NCBI GenBank assembly: GCA_002770755.1
Contig: PCQY01000018.1
Span: 1-46,179 of the forward strand
Source of the DNA: a candidate division WWE3 bacterium CG23_combo_of_CG06-09_8_20_14_all_40_14
GTDB lineage: Bacteria > Patescibacteriota > WWE3 > CG2-30-40-12
Direction of reading: 5' to 3'
Length of the DNA stretch: 46,179 nt
Positions 20,220 to 28,541 of this stretch are shown here, piece after piece; positions within the stretch are counted from its first letter, which is position 1, and each line of letters opens with the position of its first letter. The notes under the pieces were generated by a model that was not told the origin of the DNA, ran no database searches, and saw only the letters and a program-made list of their open reading frames with translations. Position numbers and translations under genes: made by a program.

Positions 20220-21089
20220 ATGACTTTTTTTATTTATCTCTACATATTCTTAATAGGCGCATGCGCAGGTTCGTTTTTGAATGTGGTTATTGACCGTTTT
20301 CCCAAGCGCCAAAAACTTATAAAATCACGCTCAATTTGTCCCTTTTGCAAAACCCCCCTCTCTTTCAGAGATTTACTGCCGATTGTTTCATTTGTTTTAT
20401 TAGGAGGAAAGTGCAGGTATTGCAAAAAGAAAATTGATAAAACACTGCCTTTAGTTGAAATTTTAGCAGGGGTAATGTTTATTTTGGTTATGAGTATAGA
20501 CGGGGGTATAGGAGGTGTGGGTATAGTGGAGAAATTGTACTATTTAGCAATATTTAGTGTGCTTTTGGCGGTGTTTTTTATGGACTTAAAATATGGGGTT
20601 ATTGAAGACAAGCTTGTTTTGGCAGGGGTTTTTATTTGGGGTTTTTACACCGTTTTTTCAAAGGCGGGTATTTTGTATTTCTACTACACGAGTTTAAGAG
20701 GAGACGCTTTTGGAAAATATTTAATTAAAGCGGGGTTTTTAAATAGTTTATTTGTTAGGGAGCTAAAGGAAGTTTTTTTAAGTTTGTTATGCGCAGTTAT
20801 TTTGTTTTTGTTTTTTTATTTTTTGGCGTTTATAACCCGCGGGCGCGGTATAGGCGGCGGAGATGTAAAATTTGCGTTTTTGATGGGGCTTATTCTAGGC
20901 TTTCCGAAAATAATTCCCGCCTTTTTCTTATCCTTCTTGACAGGCGCTTTGGTTAGTCTCATACTTATATTATTAAGGAAAAAAACGATAAAGCAAACAG
21001 TTCCTTTTGGTCCATTTTTGGTTTTTGGGGCGGTTCTAGGGCTTCTTTTTGGAGAGGGTATTGTTAGCTGGTACTTAAAGTTTTTGTAG
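20220..21089 (+). CDS. pilD: prepilin peptidase / N-methyltransferase PilD (A24 family)
   Basis: CPFC...CRYC zinc motif, polytopic membrane protein, GGGDVKF active-site Asp motif. Confidence 0.9.
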   Translation: MTFFIYLYIFLIGACAGSFLNVVIDRFPKRQKLIKSRSICPFCKTPLSFRDLLPIVSFVLLGGKCRYCKKKIDKTLPLVEILAGVMFILVMSIDGGIGGVGIVEKLYYLAIFSVLLAVFFMDLKYGVIEDKLVLAGVFIWGFYTVFSKAGILYFYYTSLRGDAFGKYLIKAGFLNSLFVRELKEVFLSLLCAVILFLFFYFLAFITRGRGIGGGDVKFAFLMGLILGFPKIIPAFFLSFLTGALVSLILILLRKKTIKQTVPFGPFLVFGAVLGLLFGEGIVSWYLKFL

Positions 21090-21104
21090 AGAGCGGGTGA
21101 GATA

Positions 21105-21563
21105 ATGAACAAAGAAAAAATTGTTACTTTCCTAAAATCTATGAAAGATAAGTTGGGTTTGTCCACTTATTGTAAAAAAGAAGGCGGAAAGGACGGAGGC
21201 TTTACATTAATTGAACTTCTTATTGTTATTGCCATAATCGGGATTTTAGCAGGAATCGTTATAGCTGTAATAAACCCCACGAGACAAAGGACAAAAGCTA
21301 ACGAGGCGGTATTAAGAGCTAATGTTGCGAAGATGTGTCAGGCATGGGCGGCCTGTTTGAACGCGTCCCCCACGGGTAATTTGGCGGAATGCAATACAGC
21401 GGCTTTGGCTGGCATAAATGTACCAAATCCAGTTGTCCCTGTGAAGGCCGTATACCGTTATACAAACAACCGTTGGCAGGGAGTGTTAGGGTCATGCACT
21501 ATTTATTGCGATAGGACATCGTTTAAACCAACATTGAGTGGAACCTGCGCTATTGTTCAATAA
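21105..21563 (+). CDS. prepilin-type N-terminal cleavage/methylation domain protein (long leader, Cys-rich)
   Basis: ...KEGGKDGG|FTLIELLIVIAIIGILAG. GGTGAG RBS before the ATG at 21105 gives a 32-aa leader. Six Cys residues in the globular part. Confidence 0.75.
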   Translation: MNKEKIVTFLKSMKDKLGLSTYCKKEGGKDGGFTLIELLIVIAIIGILAGIVIAVINPTRQRTKANEAVLRANVAKMCQAWAACLNASPTGNLAECNTAALAGINVPNPVVPVKAVYRYTNNRWQGVLGSCTIYCDRTSFKPTLSGTCAIVQ

Positions 21564-21568
21564 CATTT

Positions 21569-22003
21569 ATGGATAAGGAAGCGTTTACATTGGTGGAACT
21601 GCTTATTGTGGTTTCTATTATAGGAATACTTGCCGGGGTGGCAATTGCGGTTATAAACCCCAATAAAGTTCGCGGCAGGGCAAGGGACGGCGTTCGCAAA
21701 AACGATATTGCTGTTATAAAAGGCGCTATTGAAAACTATTACGCCGAAAACAATATCTATCCCGCGACTGGAACTATTCCCTTTGGCGGAGTCTGGGCTA
21801 ATTATCTAAAACTTGTTCCGCAGGACCCTCTTATTGCAGGTGGCGCCAGTTGGGTTCAGTACTGCTACGCAAGTATTGATGCCAATAATTTTATTCTATG
21901 CGCAAAAGTTGAGGATAGCAATTCTGCCTATGTCCCAAGCGGCGCAAGTCCTTGCGGGGGGATAGCGGTAACGGAGGCATATTGCGCGCAGAATCCGTTT
22001 TAA
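21569..22003 (+). CDS. prepilin-type N-terminal cleavage/methylation domain protein
   Basis: MDKEA|FTLVELLIVVSIIGILAG. Ala rather than Gly at position -1. Confidence 0.75.
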   Translation: MDKEAFTLVELLIVVSIIGILAGVAIAVINPNKVRGRARDGVRKNDIAVIKGAIENYYAENNIYPATGTIPFGGVWANYLKLVPQDPLIAGGASWVQYCYASIDANNFILCAKVEDSNSAYVPSGASPCGGIAVTEAYCAQNPF

Positions 22004-22012
22004 TGTTTAAAA

Positions 22013-22516
22013 ATGGAGAAAGTTATAGGGGTCAGACCCCTGCTAAAAGGGTTTACGCTTGTTGAGCTGATTGTTGTTGTAGCGCTGGTTTCAATGATAG
22101 CTTCGTTGTCTTTAGTGGCTCTTAACCCTGCCGATATTTTTGCCCGCTCCCGCGATTCAAAAAGATTATCCGATTTAGCTTTTTTGACGAACGCCTTTGA
22201 GCGGTATAATATTGATAATGGAGTTTATCCTGACTCAGCGGCGATTATGCGGGTAAGCAGTTCTCTGCCTCAAGACCAAACAGGACCTTTGCAAAGCGCC
22301 TCTTCCGGTTGGATAGTGGGTGATATGTCTAAATATATCTCCCGCCTTTCTACGGATCCCAAAAACGAGGATTTTTTGGTGTATAGATACAAAAGGTCTG
22401 AAAATGCCTATGAACTTGATTGCTATTTAGAATATTACAAGGAAAAATCTCAAGCGGATGGCGGCAATAATGCGGAGAGATTTGAAGTGGGAAATGATAT
22501 GAGTATTTTGCCGTAA
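22013..22516 (+). CDS. prepilin-type N-terminal cleavage/methylation domain protein
   Basis: MEKVIGVRPLLKG|FTLVELIVVVAL. The leader codons overlap a REP half-site. Confidence 0.75.
   Translation: MEKVIGVRPLLKGFTLVELIVVVALVSMIASLSLVALNPADIFARSRDSKRLSDLAFLTNAFERYNIDNGVYPDSAAIMRVSSSLPQDQTGPLQSASSGWIVGDMSKYISRLSTDPKNEDFLVYRYKRSENAYELDCYLEYYKEKSQADGGNNAERFEVGNDMSILP
22027..22041. repeat. REP half-site (15-nt palindrome aggggtcagacccct) inside the pilin leader codons
   Basis: Exact match to the right arm of the REP. In frame it encodes GVRPL. Confidence 0.8.
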
Positions 22517-22524
22517 CTAAAGTT

Positions 22525-22566
22525 AAAAGTTAAAAATAAATTTGATTTTTAACTTTTGATTTTTAA
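22525..22566 (+). terminator. AT-rich hairpin with T-tract between pilin genes (attenuator or terminator candidate)
   Basis: aaaagttaaaaat (22525-22537) pairs with atttttaactttt (22545-22557) around a 7-nt loop, then gattttt. Confidence 0.4.
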
Positions 22567-22569
22567 CCT

Positions 22570-23040
22570 ATGCCTTATAAGGGATTTACTTTGGTGGAGC
22601 TTTTAATAAGTGTTTCGGTAATAGTTATTCTAACCGCTATTGCTCTGCCTATTTTTGCTACAACAGGAAGCAATCAAACATTAACTCAGAATTTTGAAAA
22701 TATTAAATCCGATCTGCGAATTGTTCAGGCTAAATCTCTCTCAGGTATTGTTTCGGGGGATAACGGTTACTGGGGCATCCGTTTTAATTGCGCAGGCGGA
22801 AAGGCTGTTAGCTACATTCTGGGCCAGCCCAACAACGCTTCCGACCCTTTGTCTGAAATATATCCTGGTATCCAAAAACTTTTAACCTTTGGTGTATATG
22901 TAAAATGCTCCAATTCTTTCCAAGTGGTGTTTTTGAAAAATACCGCAAAACCCGCGGAAGGAAGTATTTCTATAGTTGTGGCGGATGGGAAAAATGCGGA
23001 CAAAACAATTGTTGTGAATGCTCAGGGTAGTGTAGAATAA
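22570..23040 (+). CDS. minor pilin / pseudopilin (FimT/GspH-like)
   Basis: MPYKG|FTLVELLISVSVIVILTAIALP. Confidence 0.7.
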   Translation: MPYKGFTLVELLISVSVIVILTAIALPIFATTGSNQTLTQNFENIKSDLRIVQAKSLSGIVSGDNGYWGIRFNCAGGKAVSYILGQPNNASDPLSEIYPGIQKLLTFGVYVKCSNSFQVVFLKNTAKPAEGSISIVVADGKNADKTIVVNAQGSVE

Positions 23041-23095
23041 AATTCAAATGATAAAATTCAAAAGTTTTATAAATTTGAATTTTGAGCTTTGAATT
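23041..23095 (+). promoter_or_regulatory. bipartite AT-rich hairpin ending 5 nt before the next start codon
   Basis: aattcaaa (23041-48) pairs with tttgaatt (23088-95), and aaaattcaaa (23053-62) pairs with tttgaatttt (23074-83). A 4x4 internal loop lies between the two stems. Confidence 0.4.
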
Positions 23096-23100
23096 TGAGA

Positions 23101-23559
23101 ATGTACACAAATGACAAAGGACAGACTCTAATAGAGGTTGTTTTGGCGGTGGCGATTGCCGTTATTGTTATTTATGCGTTGGTTTCGCTTGCCACCATAT
23201 CCATGCTTTACGCTCAATCTGCTCTAAGAAGAAGCGAAGCGGTAAAATTGGCAAATGCCGGAATGGAGGCTTTTAGATTGGAGCGGGATATGGGAGGTTT
23301 TGATAGCGGCTGTTTAGTTCCCAGTGGATTGGGTAACACTTATATTATTAGCGATTCCCCTACAACTTGCGCTTTTTTGGAGATGACCAGTAATCCGTAT
23401 GAATCTATAACCCCGCGAACAAATGTAATTTATAAAAGGTCTATGACAGTTGAGGATGTGGGCGCGGATAAAAAGAATGTCCGCGTTACCGTTAAGTGGA
23501 CGGAGGGAACTTCTGAACGAAAGGTTTCAATGTCGGGGGTTTTAACCAACTGGAGGTAA
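23101..23559 (+). CDS. minor pilin (PilV-like)
   Basis: MYTNDKG|QTLIEVVLAVAIAVIV. The ATG at 23101 is preferred over the TTG at 23089. Confidence 0.65.
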   Translation: MYTNDKGQTLIEVVLAVAIAVIVIYALVSLATISMLYAQSALRRSEAVKLANAGMEAFRLERDMGGFDSGCLVPSGLGNTYIISDSPTTCAFLEMTSNPYESITPRTNVIYKRSMTVEDVGADKKNVRVTVKWTEGTSERKVSMSGVLTNWR

Positions 23560-23563
23560 TGGT

Positions 23564-24133
23564 ATGCTTGCTTCAAAAAAAGGTGTAACCTTGATAGAAC
23601 TTTTAATAGTGGTTGGAGTCATATCCATTGTGGCGGCAGTGGGTGGGGATATCCTGCTTACCGTTATTAGAGCCTATAAAAAAGCCCAGATTTTGGGTAC
23701 GGTGGAACAAAACGGTTCGGTGTCGTCAACCTTTCTTGAAAATAATTTGAGAGACGCTTCTGTTATAAGATACGAAGGCGGGGGGCAGTTTGTGGAAATT
23801 CCCGAAGGGGAAAGTGTCTCATCCGACTATATTAAGATTACAAGTTCCCAAGGGGTAACTGCCACAATACAATTTGTGGAAGGCGGAACGGGAGGAAGTT
23901 GTCCCAACGGAAAAATTGAGGTTGATGGTGTTTCTATAACTAGTACGGATGTCAACAGCGGTGTTAATGTAATAAAAAAGAATGGCGGCGCTATTTTTAC
24001 TATTTATAATCCGGATAACACCCCTCCGGTTATTACAACGATTTTTGATGTAACACAGGCCTGCCAAAGCCCAGTTACAGCAAAGGCGGAGTTTAACACC
24101 ACGGTAACATTAAGAGGAAATTATGGGGATTAA
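23564..24133 (+). CDS. minor pilin (PilW-like)
   Basis: MLASKKG|VTLIELLIVVGVISIVAA. Confidence 0.65.
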   Translation: MLASKKGVTLIELLIVVGVISIVAAVGGDILLTVIRAYKKAQILGTVEQNGSVSSTFLENNLRDASVIRYEGGGQFVEIPEGESVSSDYIKITSSQGVTATIQFVEGGTGGSCPNGKIEVDGVSITSTDVNSGVNVIKKNGGAIFTIYNPDNTPPVITTIFDVTQACQSPVTAKAEFNTTVTLRGNYGD

Positions 24134-24180
24134 AGTAATTTACAACATATATTTTTGGGGTTACAATTAATGGGGGTATT

Positions 24181-24978
24181 ATGAACAAACTTTTTTCGTG
24201 TATTCTAAATAATAGGAATAAAGGTCAGGCTACATTAGTGGTGGTTGTTTTGGTTATGGTGGTGTCTCTTGCAGTGGGAGTTGCCGCGTCCAACCGCGCC
24301 ATATCCAATATCAGAATGGCCGCCTATACAGCGCAAGGAGACCAAGCTTTGCATTGCGCGGAATCCGGGGCGGAGGATGGCTTAAATAAAATAAATGAGC
24401 TGGAAAAAAGCTCTTTTGGAACATACAATGCTGTTTTGAAAGATTCGGACAATGTGGATATTTGCAGTTATGAGTACACCATCTCCGAATTTTCCGGAGA
24501 GGTTTTAACTTATCCCCTTGTTAAACAAGATGATTCTCAAGAAGTTAACTTAGACGGCTACAACGGAAGTTTGAGCATTTATTTTGGCAGTGACGATTCC
24601 GCCGCTTTAGAAATCACATTCATAAAAGGGTCTTCCCCTCCCTACTCGGTTGAAAAATACGCGTATAATTGCGAGGAACTATACGATAATAATTTTGAGG
24701 ATGGTTCCTCCAATGGCGGCGAGGACCTTCCCTGTGGAACGGAGTCTTTTAATATCAGCGGTTACAAAATCGCCCGTATTAGACCCCTTTATGCCGATAC
24801 AAAAGTTGTGGTTAAATTCGGCAGTGTTAGCCAGTCGCAGGGCTATTTAATTGAGTCTATAGGTTCTGCGGGAACTGCGCAGAGAAAAGTTCAAGTTATA
24901 AGAACCAATGCACAGCTCCCTGCCATATTTGATTACAGCATTTTCTCAGCGTCTGAAACCGAACCTTTGAGTAAGTAG
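24181..24978 (+). CDS. PilX-like pilus assembly protein
   Basis: NRNKGQATLVVVVLVMVVSLAVGVA N-terminal segment, typical of the PilX N-terminal domain (no Glu5). GGGGG RBS. Confidence 0.55.
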   Translation: MNKLFSCILNNRNKGQATLVVVVLVMVVSLAVGVAASNRAISNIRMAAYTAQGDQALHCAESGAEDGLNKINELEKSSFGTYNAVLKDSDNVDICSYEYTISEFSGEVLTYPLVKQDDSQEVNLDGYNGSLSIYFGSDDSAALEITFIKGSSPPYSVEKYAYNCEELYDNNFEDGSSNGGEDLPCGTESFNISGYKIARIRPLYADTKVVVKFGSVSQSQGYLIESIGSAGTAQRKVQVIRTNAQLPAIFDYSIFSASETEPLSK

Positions 24979-25045
24979 TAATCCCTAATTATCAATGAAT
25001 CTAGTGGCAATTGAAAAATTGCAGTAATGGGGTTAATATTAAAGG

Positions 25046-26926
25046 GTGAATACAAACTGTCCATTAGTGTTATTTTTGGCTCTTTGCTTTTTTTTGTTCT
25101 CCTCTGTAGTTTTTGCAGATGGGGATATAACTCCTCCAACAACATCCCCCTTGCTTAGCCCCGCATATCCCAATGGTGAGAATGGCTGGTACACTGTTCC
25201 TGTGGATATAGCTTTGAACGCGGTTGATTTGGAGTCAGGCGTTAAAGAGATAAATTGGAAACTTAATGATAATTTATGGACAAAAAAAACATTTTCCCAA
25301 ACGCTTAATATGGTTATAAACTCTTCCTTTGAGACTGGAACGGAAGGGTGGAGTTTTTCATCATTTAACAATTCCACAGGAGAACGGACGAATGAATTTG
25401 CCAAAATTGGAGATTATTCCGTTAAAATAAATTCTTTAGAAAACGGCACATCCTTTTTTACTAATAAGAGCAATTATGTTGTGGTTTCACCGTGGAAAAC
25501 CGTTTCGTTAGGCGCTTGGCTTAAAGGCAGTAATATTATGGGAGATGGCGCATTTTACAAAATTTATATTCTTACTGCGGAAGGAAGCAAACTTTTGTAC
25601 ACCTCGTCTGTCCACAACGGAACTTATGATTGGCTATATGATTCAAAAGATGTTATTATCTCTTCCGACTCTGCTTATGGGCTTTATTTTGAACTCATTT
25701 TGCAAGGGGTAGGCGCGGTGTATTTTGACGGGGTGTATGCGGCCTATGCCTCGGAACAGCCTAAAGCGGAATTTACGGTGTCTGACAATGGAGAAAATAC
25801 GCTATCCTTTTACTCGGTGGATTTTGCCGGAAACATAGAGACTACTAAAACCGCAGATTTTAAGATAGATACCATAGCTCCCACAAATTGGCAGAATTTT
25901 GAGGCGGAAAATTCTGGAAACGCCCATACTTTTATATCTAAAATTAGTGTTTCAGATAACGCTTCCGGATTAAATGCGAATTCCTCCCAATTTCAATACT
26001 CTCCGTTAAGCGATTTGGTATGGGGGTATTTTACCGACTACGAAAATTGCAAAGGAATTTTTGAGGCGGGAAAATGGCTGTCTGCCACCGTTGATTTTAA
26101 TGAGGGGGGTTTGAGCGGGAGGTTGGAGTCCCCCTCTATAGATTACTGCAATTCTAATTGGTTTTTTTGCAAGGGTAATAGATTTAAGATTGAAGACTTT
26201 GCGGGAAACGATTCCACAAAGGAAATATGCTTGAATGGTCCTTGGGTTAAAAGTATAGATGGGGATGTTGCATCATTAAGTTCAATAGATATGCTTTCGG
26301 CAGGAGCAGAGGATAATACAAACGCTATGGTAATATCGTCCAAATCTTTGTCCAACTTTTCCTCAAGCCGTAATTGGCTGATTTCCTATTATCAGAACAA
26401 GTTTGACGGGGGGATGTACTCTTACGATTTTCTAATCGGTGAGTTCCCCCCAAGCAGTACTATTGATAAACTGCCCACGGAAAATGGAGTTTTTAAGACG
26501 GCTAAAACTTTACAAATAAATTATTTTGCTATTCCGCAAAACTATGCCAGTCGGCAGTTCTCAAATGTGCTTTTTGTTAATGGAGATTTGATAGTTTTGC
26601 GAGATGTTAATATGAAGGATACCTCCGGCACAATCTTTGTAGTTAAAGGGGATGTTTTGGTAAGCAGATGGGTTTCTTTCTTGGACGGCTTTTTTATTGT
26701 AGGCGGTACTTTTAACACCTCCTATAATGGCGGGATAGTGGACAACTCTTTAAAGATATTCGGCGGGGTTTTGGCTAATAAGGTTGACTTAAACAGAAGT
26801 TTCTCCACTTTTAAGATTGCCAGCGAAGAACCTTCGGAAGAATTTATTTATGACCCAAAATATTTAATTGAGTTTACATCCCTTTTTGGTAATGCTAGTA
26901 TTAAATGGAGCGAGATTTTTGAATAA
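25046..26926 (+). CDS. large secreted multi-domain protein (candidate pilus-associated adhesin)
   Basis: Sec signal peptide ...FSSVVFA|DG. Ig-like surface-domain pattern GENGWYTVPVDIALNAVDLESGVKEI ... SFYSVDFAGNIE...KIDTIAPT, with a CBM4/9-like insert (NSSFETGTEGWS ... VYFDGV). The C-terminal region looks beta-helix-like. GTG start. Confidence 0.6.
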   Translation: MNTNCPLVLFLALCFFLFSSVVFADGDITPPTTSPLLSPAYPNGENGWYTVPVDIALNAVDLESGVKEINWKLNDNLWTKKTFSQTLNMVINSSFETGTEGWSFSSFNNSTGERTNEFAKIGDYSVKINSLENGTSFFTNKSNYVVVSPWKTVSLGAWLKGSNIMGDGAFYKIYILTAEGSKLLYTSSVHNGTYDWLYDSKDVIISSDSAYGLYFELILQGVGAVYFDGVYAAYASEQPKAEFTVSDNGENTLSFYSVDFAGNIETTKTADFKIDTIAPTNWQNFEAENSGNAHTFISKISVSDNASGLNANSSQFQYSPLSDLVWGYFTDYENCKGIFEAGKWLSATVDFNEGGLSGRLESPSIDYCNSNWFFCKGNRFKIEDFAGNDSTKEICLNGPWVKSIDGDVASLSSIDMLSAGAEDNTNAMVISSKSLSNFSSSRNWLISYYQNKFDGGMYSYDFLIGEFPPSSTIDKLPTENGVFKTAKTLQINYFAIPQNYASRQFSNVLFVNGDLIVLRDVNMKDTSGTIFVVKGDVLVSRWVSFLDGFFIVGGTFNTSYNGGIVDNSLKIFGGVLANKVDLNRSFSTFKIASEEPSEEFIYDPKYLIEFTSLFGNASIKWSEIFE

Positions 26927-26931
26927 AAATC

Positions 26932-27963
26932 ATGAATGTTATAGGGCTTGATATTGGAACGAATTTAATAAAGGGGGTAGAGGTAAAAAAAGAGAAAGGA
27001 ACTTTTGAGCTTTTGAACTATACATTTGCGCCCGCTTTTAAGGAGTCGCTTCTTTCCGAATCTGATATAGATGCGGATAAAGCGGCTTCAAGGTTGCGTG
27101 AATTTATAGCGGAATCTTCTTTTTCTTCAAATAATATAATAGCGTCATTTCCAGAAACCCATGTTTTTACCAGAGTGATAGAAATTCCAAAAATGTCCCA
27201 AAAAGAGGTGGAGAAAGCGGTTTTTTGGGAAGCGGAGCAATATTTACCCACCTCAATTGAAGATGTAACTTTAAATTTTCAAATTTTGCCAAGGGATTCC
27301 GAAGAATCAAATCAAAATAAAACAGAGGTTTTACTGATTGCCGTTCCAAAAGGTTTGGTTCAAAGATTTGTCAAAATACTTGTTAAAGCGGGATTAACTC
27401 CTGTTGGGTTGGAGCCCGAATCAATGTCCATCGCCCGCTCAATTTTTTACAACGAGAAATCTTATCCGGCAACATTAATTGTGAATATAGGCTCGGAAGT
27501 AACCAATTTATCTATCTTGGTTGAAGATTACATACGATTCACCAGAAGCATTGGTACTGGGGGGAACTCATTATCCCGCGCTATTTCACAGGAGCTTAAT
27601 TTGGAGGAAAGGCAGGCCCAAGAGTACTTAAAAAGTTATGGTCTGGATGCTTCCAAAATGGATGGAAAAATAAAAGCTTCTATTGAACCGGTGTTTAATG
27701 TTATTCTTAATGAGATAAGAAAATCGGTTGCCTATTATGAAACAAGAAAAAATTTTATAAAGGTAAAGAGGGTTGTTTTGTGCGGGGGGACCTCTACAGT
27801 TCCCGGGGTTTTAATTTATACGGCGCAGTACCTTAATTTAGAAGTCCAAAAAGCAGATCCTTGGAAAAAACTTCTAATAGGGGGAAAATTTAGTGAAAAG
27901 GAGTTGGATGACACAGGGCCTATGTTTGCGGCGGCGGTGGGTTTAGTTCTTAAAGATGTATAA
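26932..27963 (+). CDS. pilM: type IV pilus assembly protein PilM (actin-like ATPase fold)
   Basis: IGLDIGTNLIKGVEV N-terminus and ...VVLCGGTSTVPG motif; 343 aa. Confidence 0.85.
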   Translation: MNVIGLDIGTNLIKGVEVKKEKGTFELLNYTFAPAFKESLLSESDIDADKAASRLREFIAESSFSSNNIIASFPETHVFTRVIEIPKMSQKEVEKAVFWEAEQYLPTSIEDVTLNFQILPRDSEESNQNKTEVLLIAVPKGLVQRFVKILVKAGLTPVGLEPESMSIARSIFYNEKSYPATLIVNIGSEVTNLSILVEDYIRFTRSIGTGGNSLSRAISQELNLEERQAQEYLKSYGLDASKMDGKIKASIEPVFNVILNEIRKSVAYYETRKNFIKVKRVVLCGGTSTVPGVLIYTAQYLNLEVQKADPWKKLLIGGKFSEKELDDTGPMFAAAVGLVLKDV

Positions 27964-28541
27964 TGCAAGACATTAATTTAATTCCGGAGGAATTAAAAAA
28001 ACAAAAAAAACTGGAATTACAGCTAAAAGGCTTGTTTAAGACATCTCTTGGATTTTTGATTTTGAGTATTCTGACTTCGGCGGGTCTTTTAGTTTATAAA
28101 ACTAGTTTGGACAAATCCCTTAGCGATTTAATCGTGAAAATTGATACGGAGGAGCAAAAAATTTCCGCCTTAGAATCTATGGAATCTAAAATGTATGTGC
28201 TTGGGGAGAAATTGGTGTTTGCGCAAAAAATTCTGAACTCGCGGTTAAATTATTCGTCGCTTTTAAGAGAGTTTGGCGGGGTACTTCCTTCCGGGGTTTA
28301 TCTTACCGATGTGGCAATCGCGTCCTCCGATAAAACAACAATTGGCGGTATAACCTCTTCCTACGCGATGCTTTCGGAATTGGTAAAAAACATATCTAAC
28401 AGCTCTTTAATGGGCAATTCTATTTTTGAATATTCTGAGGTAACTTCGGTTAATTTAAAGGAGGAAGTCAGCCGGATAGAATTTTCTATGAATGTTTATT
28501 TGAAAAAGGATGCGTTAAAAGATGGAATTAAAGGTAAGTAA
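27963..28541 (+). CDS. pilN: type IV pilus assembly protein PilN
   Basis: INLIPEE N-terminal motif, a single TM segment, then coiled coil. Start overlaps the pilM stop. Confidence 0.75.
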   Translation: MQDINLIPEELKKQKKLELQLKGLFKTSLGFLILSILTSAGLLVYKTSLDKSLSDLIVKIDTEEQKISALESMESKMYVLGEKLVFAQKILNSRLNYSSLLREFGGVLPSGVYLTDVAIASSDKTTIGGITSSYAMLSELVKNISNSSLMGNSIFEYSEVTSVNLKEEVSRIEFSMNVYLKKDALKDGIKGK

